A stretch of 64,000 bases of DNA from Comamonadaceae bacterium. GTDB lineage: Bacteria > Pseudomonadota > Gammaproteobacteria > Burkholderiales > Burkholderiaceae_C. A program made the position numbers and the translations under genes. Positions 47,499-56,947 of the stretch are shown piece after piece (position 1 is the first letter of the stretch; each line of letters starts with the position of its first letter). Location: the NCBI GenBank assembly GCA_947448885.1, contig CANFPJ010000003.1:5090-69089 (forward strand), given 5' to 3'. The notes below the pieces were generated by a model, which did no database searches, had not been told where the DNA came from, and saw nothing but the letters and a program-made list of their open reading frames with translations.

Positions 47499-48227
47499 AT
47501 GAAAAATACACTTTGGAATGCATTGTCTAAAGCGATGATGAAATTGGCCCTGATTGGCGCCAGTTCATTGGCTTTGTCCCAGGTACAACCCCAGCCGGTT
47601 CCTCCGCTGCCAACCAGCATGAAGGCGTCAGAAACGGCCGTGATATTGGTGGATTTTCAGGGCAACTTTGTCAATCCAGATGGCGCGTGGTTTCAAAAGT
47701 TTAAGCCTGATTACGACAAAGGAATGCTTGATAAAACGGTCAAGATGGTCAACGAGGCCCGTGAAAAGGGAGCTTGGATCATCCATGTCACCGAAGGGTA
47801 TACACAAGACCATCGGGAATTGGACTGGACCAATCCAGGCGGTTTTCACCGCGGACAGATCATGCGCAAAGCATGGAAGGTTGGTAGCAAAGAGGCCGCG
47901 TACTATGAGCCATTGATGCCCAAGGCTGAATACAAGGATTTATTTTTAGCGCCTCGCATTCAAGTGAGCGCTTTTGGTGGAACTGGTTTGAATGAGATTT
48001 TGCGCTCCAAAGGCATTAAAAATGTGGCCGTTGCTGGTTTCACGACGGACGTCTGTGTCTATGCCACAGTGATTTCCGCATACGACCTTGGATACCATGT
48101 TTATGCACTCCGTGAATCCATGCTGGGCTTTTTCCCCGAACTTTCACAATCCATGTTGAACAGCATCTTTCCAATGTGGTCAACAGTCATTGACAACGAT
48201 AAGTTCGTCACCATGGTCCAAAAATAA
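47499..48227 (+). CDS. Isochorismatase-family cysteine hydrolase with an N-terminal signal peptide
   Basis: TAVILVDFQ, SAFGGT.L..IL, AGFTTDVCV, AYDLGY; hydrophobic leader ending ALS-Q; GGAG RBS. Confidence 0.88.
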   Translation: MKNTLWNALSKAMMKLALIGASSLALSQVQPQPVPPLPTSMKASETAVILVDFQGNFVNPDGAWFQKFKPDYDKGMLDKTVKMVNEAREKGAWIIHVTEGYTQDHRELDWTNPGGFHRGQIMRKAWKVGSKEAAYYEPLMPKAEYKDLFLAPRIQVSAFGGTGLNEILRSKGIKNVAVAGFTTDVCVYATVISAYDLGYHVYALRESMLGFFPELSQSMLNSIFPMWSTVIDNDKFVTMVQK

Positions 48228-48237
48228 CACGGCAATC

Positions 48238-49143
48238 ATGTCCATTTCCTCATCAAATATTGACCGATTGCGCGCGCTGACAATCACGGCGACGGACATA
48301 GATCGTTCATTGGATTTTTATACCAAGACTTGGGGTCTATCCAAGGTTGCGGATCGCAAGGGCTCTTTTTGGCTGCGTGCCAAAGGAATTGACCACCACG
48401 TTTTGGTGCTTGAACCCGGTCATCAAGCAGGCTTGGTGAGCATCACTTGGGGAACTGGTTCCTTAGAGACACTTCACCACTTGTATGAAAAATTGGTGGC
48501 AGCCTCCGTCAAGGTTGAACAAGCGCCAAGACAGTTGGGGAGTCCTGGCGGTGGGTGGGGATTTGCATTTGAAGATCCAGATGGCAACGTGCACAAGGTC
48601 GTGGCGCAACGAGAAGACCATTTGAGTGAAGAACCCAGCGATACGTGCCCAATCAGGCTATCCCATGTGGTTTTGAACTCTAAAAATGCCGACCGATTAA
48701 TCGGCTTTTTCACCGATGTATTGGGCTTCAAGATCAGTGATCAAACAAAGAAAATGACCTTTTTGCGATGCAATTCTGATCATCATTCCATTGCGGTGGC
48801 AGAAGAGGATATTTCTGGTTTGAATCACTTTGCTTTTGAAATGAAAAGCTGGAATGAGTTGATGTTCGGTGTTGGTCGCCTAAAGCTAGCTGGCCACAAA
48901 ATCCAATGGGGCATCGGACGGCACGGTCCTGGCGACAATGTTTTTGCCTATTTTTTGGATCCGGATGGCTACGCCACTGAATACACGGCCGAACTGCAAC
49001 GCATCACAGATCCCAATCACATCCCTGGAAGACCTGACCAATGGATCAGGCCTCCAGAAAGACTGGATCAATGGGCCTTTTCTGATCTACCCACGGCAGC
49101 AATGAAGAACGCCATGCACAGTCACTTTGTAAAACAAGTTTAA
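48238..49143 (+). CDS. VOC-family type I extradiol ring-cleavage dioxygenase
   Basis: LSHVVL, FLRCN.DHHS, LNHFAFE, GRHGPG.N.FAYF.DPDG...EY. Confidence 0.88.
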   Translation: MSISSSNIDRLRALTITATDIDRSLDFYTKTWGLSKVADRKGSFWLRAKGIDHHVLVLEPGHQAGLVSITWGTGSLETLHHLYEKLVAASVKVEQAPRQLGSPGGGWGFAFEDPDGNVHKVVAQREDHLSEEPSDTCPIRLSHVVLNSKNADRLIGFFTDVLGFKISDQTKKMTFLRCNSDHHSIAVAEEDISGLNHFAFEMKSWNELMFGVGRLKLAGHKIQWGIGRHGPGDNVFAYFLDPDGYATEYTAELQRITDPNHIPGRPDQWIRPPERLDQWAFSDLPTAAMKNAMHSHFVKQV

Positions 49144-49145
49144 AT

Positions 49146-49979
49146 ATGAAAATTGCCCGGTTTAATTTTTCGCAAGTCGGCATTGTGGTGGGCGACGACA
49201 TTTATGACGTGACTTCATTGGTGCCATCCAAAGATACGTTAGAGCTTTTATCGGCTTTAAAACACAAATCTTCGGCTCAGCTCGAGGAAATAAAGGCGAA
49301 CTCTGATTCATACAAGTTATCTGAAGTTCATCTCAACAGCCCCATTGACAATGCCAGCAAGGTGGTTGCCGCCCCCATCAACTACCAGGCCCACGTCGAT
49401 GAGATGCTGAGCAATGGTCAAGCATTCGGACACATCATCACTGACATCCGAAAAGCCGGTTTATTTTTAAAGGCGCCCTCATCTGTGGTTGGGCCGAGCG
49501 ATGGCATCAAACAACGCTTTTTGGACCGCCGAACTGACCATGAAATTGAGTTGTGTGCTGTGATTGGAAAAGCCGCGACAAGCGTCAGCAAAGACAAGGC
49601 ACTTGAGCACGTTGCGGGCTATTGCTTGGGTTTGGATATCACGGTGCGCGGATCAGAAGATCGAAGCTTTCGAAAGTCCATCGATACCTACACTGTTTTG
49701 GGCCCTTGGCTTGTATCCGCCGATGAGGGAATTGATCCGACCGATGTTGCATTGCAACTCAAAGTGAATGGCACCATTCAGCAAGATGCCAACACCTCCG
49801 ACATGGTCATGTCTGTGGCTGAGTTGATTGAATATGCATCTGGTTTTTACACACTGCTGCCTGGTGATGTCTTAATGACCGGCACTCCCCAAGGTGTTGG
49901 TCCCATCAGACCTGGTGATGTGCTCATTGCCTCAGCCCAGGGGTTGGGCTCTATGACTGTCAAAGTAAATGAAGCATGA
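49146..49979 (+). CDS. Fumarylacetoacetate hydrolase family protein
   Basis: NY..H, FLKAPSS, DHEIEL, DIT.R, KS.DT, TLLPGDV.MTGTP.GVG. Confidence 0.92.
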   Translation: MKIARFNFSQVGIVVGDDIYDVTSLVPSKDTLELLSALKHKSSAQLEEIKANSDSYKLSEVHLNSPIDNASKVVAAPINYQAHVDEMLSNGQAFGHIITDIRKAGLFLKAPSSVVGPSDGIKQRFLDRRTDHEIELCAVIGKAATSVSKDKALEHVAGYCLGLDITVRGSEDRSFRKSIDTYTVLGPWLVSADEGIDPTDVALQLKVNGTIQQDANTSDMVMSVAELIEYASGFYTLLPGDVLMTGTPQGVGPIRPGDVLIASAQGLGSMTVKVNEA

Positions 49980-50580
49980 CATGGACAACTTCCAAAGGCT
50001 CCAAATCGTTGGATTGACAAACTCTTGTCGTACCAACTCATACAACCACATGGTGTTGAACCATATCAAGTCAAAGTACGAAGACCGCATTGATCTTCAA
50101 CTATTTGATATTTCAAAAATTCCTTTTTATGAGGACCGAGCAGAAGTCTCACCTTTTTTCGTTGAGATCAGTGAACTTGCCCAACTCATCGGGCAAAGTC
50201 ATGGACTCGTCGTGGCATCGCCTGAATACAACCACTCTGTTCCAGCACGGCTCAAGAACACCATAGATTGGATGTCTCGCATGCCCAACAAGCCATTGTT
50301 AAAACTTCCCGTCATGCTGATTTCTGCTTCTTTGGGCCAACTCGGCGGGGTGAGAGTTCAATACGAACTTCGTCGTATTTTTGAAGCAACTGATTCCCGC
50401 GTCATGATCAAGCCCGAAGTTTTCATCGGGAAAGCTCATGAGAAGTTCTCTAACGCTGGCGTTTGTACCGACAACGAAACCATTGGCATGATTGATAATC
50501 AGCTTCAAAGTTTTTACGAATGGATGAAAAACCATTCTTTGAATCTGAACTGCCTTGAAGAAAACATCGCACACCAATAA
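49969..50580 (+). CDS. NADPH-dependent FMN reductase (ChrR/SsuE-like)
   Basis: SPEYNHSVPARLKNTIDWMSR, GG.R.Q..LR; start may be 49981. Confidence 0.88.
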   Translation: MKHDMDNFQRLQIVGLTNSCRTNSYNHMVLNHIKSKYEDRIDLQLFDISKIPFYEDRAEVSPFFVEISELAQLIGQSHGLVVASPEYNHSVPARLKNTIDWMSRMPNKPLLKLPVMLISASLGQLGGVRVQYELRRIFEATDSRVMIKPEVFIGKAHEKFSNAGVCTDNETIGMIDNQLQSFYEWMKNHSLNLNCLEENIAHQ

Positions 50581-51505
50581 TTTGGATCTGAATCTTCTGC
50601 ACGTTTTTTGTGCTGTCATGCGCAAGCGAAATGTGACGCTTGCGGGTGAAGAGTTGAATTTGTCACAATCTGCCATCTCAAACTGCCTAAAAAGATTGCG
50701 ACATCATTTTGACGATAAATTATTTGTCGCATCCCCCTCGGGAATGATGCCCACTGCACTTGCTGAACAGTTGGCAGGTCCGATTCAGGAATCATTGATG
50801 CAAATTCAATTTGCCATTGAATCCACCAAGGCATTCGATCCCGCCATCAGTGAGAGAAATTTCAAAATTTACATCAGTGATGTCGGCCAGTTGATCTTGA
50901 TGCCCAATTTGATGAAAACGCTGATGGAGGTGGCCCCCAAGGTCAGTATTTCATTGGTCAACCTATCGCCGCGGGTAGCTCAGTCAATGATGTCCGATGG
51001 AGATATTGATTTGGCCATTGGAACATTCGACAGGTTCCAAGCCGGGTTTCATCAGCAACGCTTATTCAGCAAAAGTTATGTCGTGCTCGCTAGAAAAGAC
51101 CACAGTCTGTTGAAAAAGGGACTGACTTTAAATAACTTTCTGATGGCCAGACATGCGGTCTATTTGCCTCCAGCCGCGAGCCATGACAGTTTCGATCTGT
51201 TTCTGGATGATCTTTTCAAGCAACACCATAAACGCCGGAAAGTGGTGGTCGAGTTGGCACATGGTTTAGGCATTGCTGAAATTGTGGCAGCGAGCGATTT
51301 GATTGCATGCGTTCCGAAGCGCTTGGCCGAAAGCCTGATGTCTACGGAATCCCTTGCATTTTTCCCATTGCCCTTTGAGGCACCCAGCGCGGATGTGTGT
51401 CAGTTTTGGCACGATCGGGTTCACTCAGAACCTGGGCACAGGTGGCTTAGAAATCTTGTCTATCAAAAGTATTCCAGGATCACTTTTAATCTGCCTGAAA
51501 AGTGA
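50555..51505 (+). CDS. LysR-family regulator (NahR/DntR-like)
   Basis: LDLNLL.VF, LSQSAIS..LKRLR..FDD.LF, WH.R...EPG.RWLR; TTG start. Confidence 0.92.
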   Translation: MKKTSHTNNLDLNLLHVFCAVMRKRNVTLAGEELNLSQSAISNCLKRLRHHFDDKLFVASPSGMMPTALAEQLAGPIQESLMQIQFAIESTKAFDPAISERNFKIYISDVGQLILMPNLMKTLMEVAPKVSISLVNLSPRVAQSMMSDGDIDLAIGTFDRFQAGFHQQRLFSKSYVVLARKDHSLLKKGLTLNNFLMARHAVYLPPAASHDSFDLFLDDLFKQHHKRRKVVVELAHGLGIAEIVAASDLIACVPKRLAESLMSTESLAFFPLPFEAPSADVCQFWHDRVHSEPGHRWLRNLVYQKYSRITFNLPEK

Positions 51506-51627
51506 GTCACTGACCCAGTGTTGCGGCCCTGCCATGGTCCATCCAAAGTCCGTCCATAAAAGCCAGCCCTCAGGCTTCAAATCATGGCAGCATAAAACCC
51601 GCAGGGGTTCGGCACTGCAATGCGGGC

Positions 51628-52605
51628 CTAATCCAAGATGTGAATCGGCATGGTGGGCACTTGCAGCACATGGGGGGCAACGATGGTGTTGGTCAACACG
51701 CCCAAGCCGCTGACCTCCAACTCCATCACATCCCCATGTTTGAGAAAGCGCCCGAGTTCGTTGCCACAGCCGCCGCCCACCGTGCCGGAGCCAATCACCT
51801 CGCCGGCATAAAAGGTCTCCGAGTCTGAGGCGTGGCTGATGATGGCGGCAAAACTGTGCTGCATGTCGGCACTGGTTCCCCGCGACCATTCCTGGCCGTT
51901 GACCCGGGCCAACATGGTCAAGGCTTGGGGGTCGGGCACCTCATCGGCGGTGACCAACCACGGGCCCATGGCGTTGCCGGTATCAAAATCTTTCCCTTTG
52001 GATGGACCCAGCCCGGTTTGCATTTCGATGTACTGGGCATCGCGGGCCGAAAAATCATTGAACACCATGTACCCAAAAACATAATTCAGGGCTTGGTCGA
52101 TGGGCACGTCCTTGCCGGATCGGCTGGTGACGATGGCGATCTCCAATTCGTAGTCAATCACCTGTGAATATGCCGGCCAATGCACGGGGGTCTGGGTGCC
52201 CACAATGCTGAACACATTGCCTTTGTAATAGACCGGTTTTTTGTACCAAGCGCTGGGCAACTGAATGTTGGCGGGGTCCACCCGTTCCTTGCCCTGACCA
52301 AACAAGTAACGATTGGCCCGCGATTGGCGCACGTGCTTTTCGAAAGCCAAGCAGTCGCGCAAACGGCGCGGTCGGGGCAAAGGGGCCAACAATTTCACGC
52401 TGGCCAAGGGATGCACATGGGCGGCCTTTTGGGCCAAGGCCCGGGCGGCATCCAAGCCTGCGGGGCCCGCATCGATCAGCGCCAGCATATCGCGGCACGC
52501 GCCAGTGGGATCGGCGGCGGTCAGATCGATCACCGAGCTCAGGTCAGCGCCCATGCAGCCCAGGTGTTCTGCCCCTTGGGGCGTGAGGAATGTCACCAAT
52601 TTCAT
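51628..52605 (-). CDS. Fumarylacetoacetate hydrolase family protein
   Basis: RDCLAFEKH, PVYYKGN, DYELE, NDFSARD, KGKDF, GSGTVG. Confidence 0.92.
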   Translation of the reverse strand: MKLVTFLTPQGAEHLGCMGADLSSVIDLTAADPTGACRDMLALIDAGPAGLDAARALAQKAAHVHPLASVKLLAPLPRPRRLRDCLAFEKHVRQSRANRYLFGQGKERVDPANIQLPSAWYKKPVYYKGNVFSIVGTQTPVHWPAYSQVIDYELEIAIVTSRSGKDVPIDQALNYVFGYMVFNDFSARDAQYIEMQTGLGPSKGKDFDTGNAMGPWLVTADEVPDPQALTMLARVNGQEWSRGTSADMQHSFAAIISHASDSETFYAGEVIGSGTVGGGCGNELGRFLKHGDVMELEVSGLGVLTNTIVAPHVLQVPTMPIHILD

Positions 52606-52644
52606 GTTCAGTCTTTCTACATCAACAAAAGAGATTCATCGTGC

Positions 52645-53604
52645 TCATTGCACATTGAGCACAATGGTTTCAGAGAGTTTTTGGTACTTGCGCTGATCGT
52701 CCACCACCATGGCGGCAAACTCTGCCGCGCTGCCGCCAATGGTTTCGTAGCCAATGTTTTCCAATGCGGCTTTGACATCGGGCAAGGCCAGGGTTTTGTT
52801 CATTTCGGCGTTGATGCGTTGGGCAATGGGCGCGGGCAAACCTGCGGGACCAAAAATGCCGATCCATTGGTCGGGGATGGCAAAGCCCGGCACACCCGCC
52901 TGGGCCACCGTGGGGATGTCGGAGGCGGCCTTGGAGCGCCGCCCCTCGACAATGCCCAGCGCGCGCAAGCGGCCCGTTTTGATGTGCTGCAAGGTATCGG
53001 CCAGCACAAAAATGCCCATCTGGATTTGCCCCCCGAGCAAGTCGTTCATGGCGGGGCCCCCACCTTTGTAGGGTACCGGCACCATGTCGATGCCGGTGGT
53101 GAACTTGAGCAAATCACCGGCCAATTCTTGCGCTGAACCCGAGGCCGCCACGCCATAGGACAGCTTGCCCGGGTTTTTCTTGGCATAGGCGATCAACTCA
53201 TTCAAGTTTTGCACCGGCAAGGACGGGTGCACCACGATGCATCGGTTGTTATAGGCCGCAGCGATGATGGGGGTGAAGTCTTTGACCGCGTCATACGGCA
53301 TTTTTTTATTGAAAAACGGCACGGTCAGATGCGAAGCCGGGTTGAGCAACAAGGTGTAGCCATCTGGTTGGGCCTTGGCCACAAAGTCGGTGCCAATCAC
53401 CGAGTTGCCGCCCGCGCGGTTGTCGATCACCACCGGCTGGCCCATGTAGCCTGAGAGCTTTTGCGCCACGATGCGGGCAAAGGCATCGGTGGCACCCCCC
53501 GCTTGATAGGCGACCACCAACTTGATGGGCCGTTGCGGATAATTTTGCGCCTGGGCCGCCAAGGGCCACATCAAGCACCACAAGCACCACTTGAAGACAT
53601 TCAT
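52645..53604 (-). CDS. Bug/TctC substrate-binding protein
   Basis: YPQRPIKLVV.YQAGG.TD, AQPDGYTLL, VPYKGGGP; ATGA overlap with the Rieske gene stop. Confidence 0.92.
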   Translation of the reverse strand: MNVFKWCLWCLMWPLAAQAQNYPQRPIKLVVAYQAGGATDAFARIVAQKLSGYMGQPVVIDNRAGGNSVIGTDFVAKAQPDGYTLLLNPASHLTVPFFNKKMPYDAVKDFTPIIAAAYNNRCIVVHPSLPVQNLNELIAYAKKNPGKLSYGVAASGSAQELAGDLLKFTTGIDMVPVPYKGGGPAMNDLLGGQIQMGIFVLADTLQHIKTGRLRALGIVEGRRSKAASDIPTVAQAGVPGFAIPDQWIGIFGPAGLPAPIAQRINAEMNKTLALPDVKAALENIGYETIGGSAAEFAAMVVDDQRKYQKLSETIVLNVQ

Positions 53605-54935
53605 TTGACCCATTCCTTTAACAGTTGCAGCACCTTTTGATGGGTCTGTTGCTCAATGTCATCGTGGCCCATTTGCAGGCTTTGCGCCGACACGACCGCT
53701 TGCGCAGCGGCCCGCCCAAAGTTTTGCAGGGCATCGTGTGATGCACCAGCGGCATCAGGGCCCACACTCAGCACGTATTCGTGGGCAAAAGTTCTGGTTT
53801 TGCCATCCCAAAGCATGGGCTGGGGCAAGGCCGGCGTATCACCTTCCAAATTGGCTTGAATGGCTTTGGCCAGCAAACGGCGAAACATCACCACCCCCCG
53901 ATCGGTGGTGCCCAAGTGCTCGGCGCGCCGATTGGCCACTTGGCCCTGGCTGGCCACGGCGTCGTAATCGCCGGGCTCGCGCTGCCTCTCTTTGTAGGGC
54001 CGCTCGTCGGTTTGTCCGATCAAACCCGCTTTGTCCACCCCCAAATCGTCGGGCGTGAGGTTGCCGTATGGTTTGTATTTGGGGCTGAAGTGCACATAGC
54101 CAATGTAGTGGCAGTTGACATCGTCGATCGGCGTGACCCAGCGCGTGCGGCCACAGCCGATGCGAAAGCTGTCTTCAGATGCCTTGTTGCTCGAACCGGT
54201 GAATTGCCCAATGTTGGGCATGATGATGTCGCTGGCGCGGACAAACACCCGGCCATTCACCAAACGCGTGGCCATGGACAAAAAGCCCATCGGTGTGTCG
54301 ACAAAATCCAGCGCAGGCAGCACCTTGAAAGCGTCTGAAAATTGGCTGCTGACGATGGCATGCAAGAACACATTGTGAATGGGGTCGCAAGCGTTTTCGA
54401 CCACTTGCAACCAGTTGCACGGCATGTGGAAACGAAACGGCACCGGTTGGTTGCCCTCGTCTTTGGCAAAGGTGTCGAGCACGGGCAACGCGGGCATGTG
54501 CTCGGGTGGGCCCATGTAGGCAAACAACAAGCCATGCAGTTCACGCACCGGGTAAGCGCCTTGCTTGAAGTTGTGTTTGATTTTGCTGTTGGCGGGCTCG
54601 GCGGGGGTCTCCAAAATTGTCCCGTCGATGTCAAACTTCCAACCGTGGTAACAGCACTGAATGCCTTGGTCAGCGGGGATGCCGAACTCCAAAGACGTGC
54701 CCCGGTGCAAGCAATGTTTGTGCAGCAAACCAATGCGCTGAGCGCGGTCGCGAAACACCACCAAGTCTTCGCCCATCAAACGCAAGGCCACGGGCAAGTC
54801 TTGCAACTCACTGGCCAGCATGAAAGGGTGCCAGTAGCGGCGCAGGTATTGGCCACCCGGTGTTTGGGGCCCCACAGCGGTTAGAAAATCATCGCCGATG
54901 ATGGGGGTCGCATGGGGCGGGGCGGATGGGGACAT
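53601..54935 (-). CDS. Rieske non-heme iron oxygenase alpha subunit (phthalate 4,5-dioxygenase/LigXa-like)
   Basis: VGPQTPGG.YLRRYW, CLHRG...CCYHGW Rieske motif, CNWLQ..EN..DP.H..FLH, EHLG.TD.GV. Start set at MSPSA. Confidence 0.9.
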   Translation of the reverse strand: MSPSAPPHATPIIGDDFLTAVGPQTPGGQYLRRYWHPFMLASELQDLPVALRLMGEDLVVFRDRAQRIGLLHKHCLHRGTSLEFGIPADQGIQCCYHGWKFDIDGTILETPAEPANSKIKHNFKQGAYPVRELHGLLFAYMGPPEHMPALPVLDTFAKDEGNQPVPFRFHMPCNWLQVVENACDPIHNVFLHAIVSSQFSDAFKVLPALDFVDTPMGFLSMATRLVNGRVFVRASDIIMPNIGQFTGSSNKASEDSFRIGCGRTRWVTPIDDVNCHYIGYVHFSPKYKPYGNLTPDDLGVDKAGLIGQTDERPYKERQREPGDYDAVASQGQVANRRAEHLGTTDRGVVMFRRLLAKAIQANLEGDTPALPQPMLWDGKTRTFAHEYVLSVGPDAAGASHDALQNFGRAAAQAVVSAQSLQMGHDDIEQQTHQKVLQLLKEWVK

Positions 54936-55184
54936 GGGGGCATTCAGAGGTCTGGCGAATTTGTGATCGATGTTGGTACAGGCAGCCACGGCTGTCAATG
55001 CCAAGAATCCCCGCCTTTTGAATGTCGGTTATAGAAGAGAGCAGTTTCTGCCAAAAGCCATGGCGTATATTTCACATGCGTTGGGGGATGTTCATCGTGA
55101 CAGGGCTGATCGCCACTGGCGCGGCCATGCCACTCGACCCCCACCATGCCCCGCTGATGTTCAAAAACCTATCGGAGACCGTTC

Positions 55185-55574
55185 ATGCAAGTTTTTCACG
55201 CACGCCAAGAAGGCGTTCCTTCTGAATCGCGCACAGGTTCTGCCACCTGCACCGGCACGGTGTGGGGCGACCCCATCATGCCCACCACCGACAACGTGAC
55301 CATCAACAATGTGTTTTTCGCACCGGGCGGACGCACCCACTGGCACCAGCATGAACAAGGCCAAATGCTCAACGTGATCGCCGGCAGCGGTTGGATTTGC
55401 TTGGACGGAAAACCACCCCAGCGCATCCGCACAGGGGACATGGTTTGGATAGCTCCCCATGAGCGCCACTGGCACGGGGCTGAACAAGGCAGCTACATGC
55501 TGCACACGGCCACCTCCATCGGTAAAACCGATTGGGGCAGCGCCGTCACCGACGACCAATACCCCAAAGCCTGA
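55185..55574 (+). CDS. Cupin domain protein
   Basis: FAPGGRTHWHQH..GQ.L.V..G.G...GD.VWI.P.ERHWHGA; GGAG RBS. Confidence 0.88.
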   Translation: MQVFHARQEGVPSESRTGSATCTGTVWGDPIMPTTDNVTINNVFFAPGGRTHWHQHEQGQMLNVIAGSGWICLDGKPPQRIRTGDMVWIAPHERHWHGAEQGSYMLHTATSIGKTDWGSAVTDDQYPKA

Positions 55575-55694
55575 GCGCTGGCATGGCCAAGCCGGTCAGT
55601 GCGCCTCGGTGATGGGCGGATGCGGAAAGCCCCACGTCACGGGGCATTGATGGGGCGCACAACCCGCGTCATGCCCATGGATTGACCCACCATG

Positions 55695-55723
55695 AAAAAA
55701 CCCCACGGGGTGAGCGTGGGGTT
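55695..55723 (-). terminator. Rho-independent terminator ending the Gly-rich cluster
   Basis: AACCCCACG...CGTGGGGTT hairpin with an A-run on the + strand (U-tail on the - strand). Confidence 0.75.
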
Positions 55724-55798
55724 GGCAGCGAAAGGTTTCGGTGAGGTTCTCAAACAGAGCCCTGCAGGCTCATTTGAGGCGACCCCCCTCAGGCGGTC

Positions 55799-56899
55799 TT
55801 AACGCTTGGTGGGCGACCTGGAGAGAAACGACACCGAGGCCACGCTCTGGGTGCTCAGGAATGAGCCACTGCTCACACCATAAGAACCCGATGCCGACGA
55901 CCTGGTTCTGGTCGTGACACCACCACGCATTTGCGAAGTGCCGCCAGCTGAGGCCACAGCCAATCCACCTGGGCCGCCTTGTCCGCCAGCACCGCCAGCA
56001 CCGCCAGGGCCACCGCCCTGAGGACCGCCGGGTCCTGCACCCTGTGGGCCAGGACCACCTGGGCCGCCTGCTTGTTGGGTACCACCCGGTCCACCAGGAC
56101 CCGGTGCTGGTCCGGGCGCAGGGCCGCCCTGCGGGCCACCCGCGCCGCCGGCTTGACCACCAGCTGTCGCACCGCCTTGACCACCGCCTGGACCCGCTTG
56201 TCCTCCCGGCGCGCCGCCGGGTTGTGCACCCGCCGGTGCGGGTTGACCACCACCCTGGGGGCCACCAGGAGCACCACCTGGCGCGCCCATGCCGCCCATG
56301 GGCGCTCCCATTCCGGCGACCATCTGGCCACCCGGCATGCCGCCGCCCATTGAAGCGCCAGGAGCACCCATGCCACCGCCCATGGGGCTGCCCGCCATCA
56401 TGCCCATGCCACCCATCGAGCCACCCTGTGCACCCATGGCACCCCCAGGGGCGCCCACGCCGCCACCCATGGGGCTACCAGCCATGCCCATGCCGCCACC
56501 TGGCATTTGCCCACCAGGTGCAGGCGGGGTTCCAGCCATGGGTTGCTGAGGCTGCCCGGGCTGACCGCCAGGTGCGCCATTGCCGGGCTGTCCCATTTGA
56601 CCAGCGCCCGCTCCACCAGGGCCCTGACCACCCGCCATGGGGGTTGGACCTGCACCCGGTGCTTTGCCCGGCGTCATGCCTGGGATCGAACCCGGTGCCG
56701 TGCCCGGTGGCGTGCCAGCAGGTGCGCCCGGAGTGGGACCACCGGGTTGGTTATTGCCCCCCTGAGGAGGCGGTCCACCAGGTTGTCCAGGCAAAGCGCA
56801 TGTCGGTGGGCAGGTTGAGACAGGGTCTGCAAAGGCCATCCACGGCATGGCAGAAAGCGCCAACGTCGCTGCCCACTTGGAAGTTTTATAAGGGTTCAT
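55799..56899 (-). CDS. Secreted Gly/Pro/Gln/Met-rich low-complexity protein (366 aa)
   Basis: Signal peptide ending AFA, CPPTC, GPGG and MGG repeats, basic Ser/Thr/Arg tail. Confidence 0.8.
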   Translation of the reverse strand: MNPYKTSKWAATLALSAMPWMAFADPVSTCPPTCALPGQPGGPPPQGGNNQPGGPTPGAPAGTPPGTAPGSIPGMTPGKAPGAGPTPMAGGQGPGGAGAGQMGQPGNGAPGGQPGQPQQPMAGTPPAPGGQMPGGGMGMAGSPMGGGVGAPGGAMGAQGGSMGGMGMMAGSPMGGGMGAPGASMGGGMPGGQMVAGMGAPMGGMGAPGGAPGGPQGGGQPAPAGAQPGGAPGGQAGPGGGQGGATAGGQAGGAGGPQGGPAPGPAPGPGGPGGTQQAGGPGGPGPQGAGPGGPQGGGPGGAGGAGGQGGPGGLAVASAGGTSQMRGGVTTRTRSSASGSYGVSSGSFLSTQSVASVSFLSRSPTKR

Positions 56900-56947
56900 C
56901 GTTTTGACTTTTCTTCAGTAACTTCAGATCAAGAATTCATCAACGGT

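Larger units (their letters stand above)
43600..51510. other. AT-richer, probably horizontally acquired catabolic island; boundaries approximate
   Basis: Abrupt shift to A/T-ending codons across eight genes; no integrase or flanking repeats seen. Confidence 0.6.

Noticed and set aside
43567-51628. att sites, integrase or IS bounding the AT-rich island
   Set aside because: No convincing flanking direct repeats, tRNA or recombinase were seen by eye.
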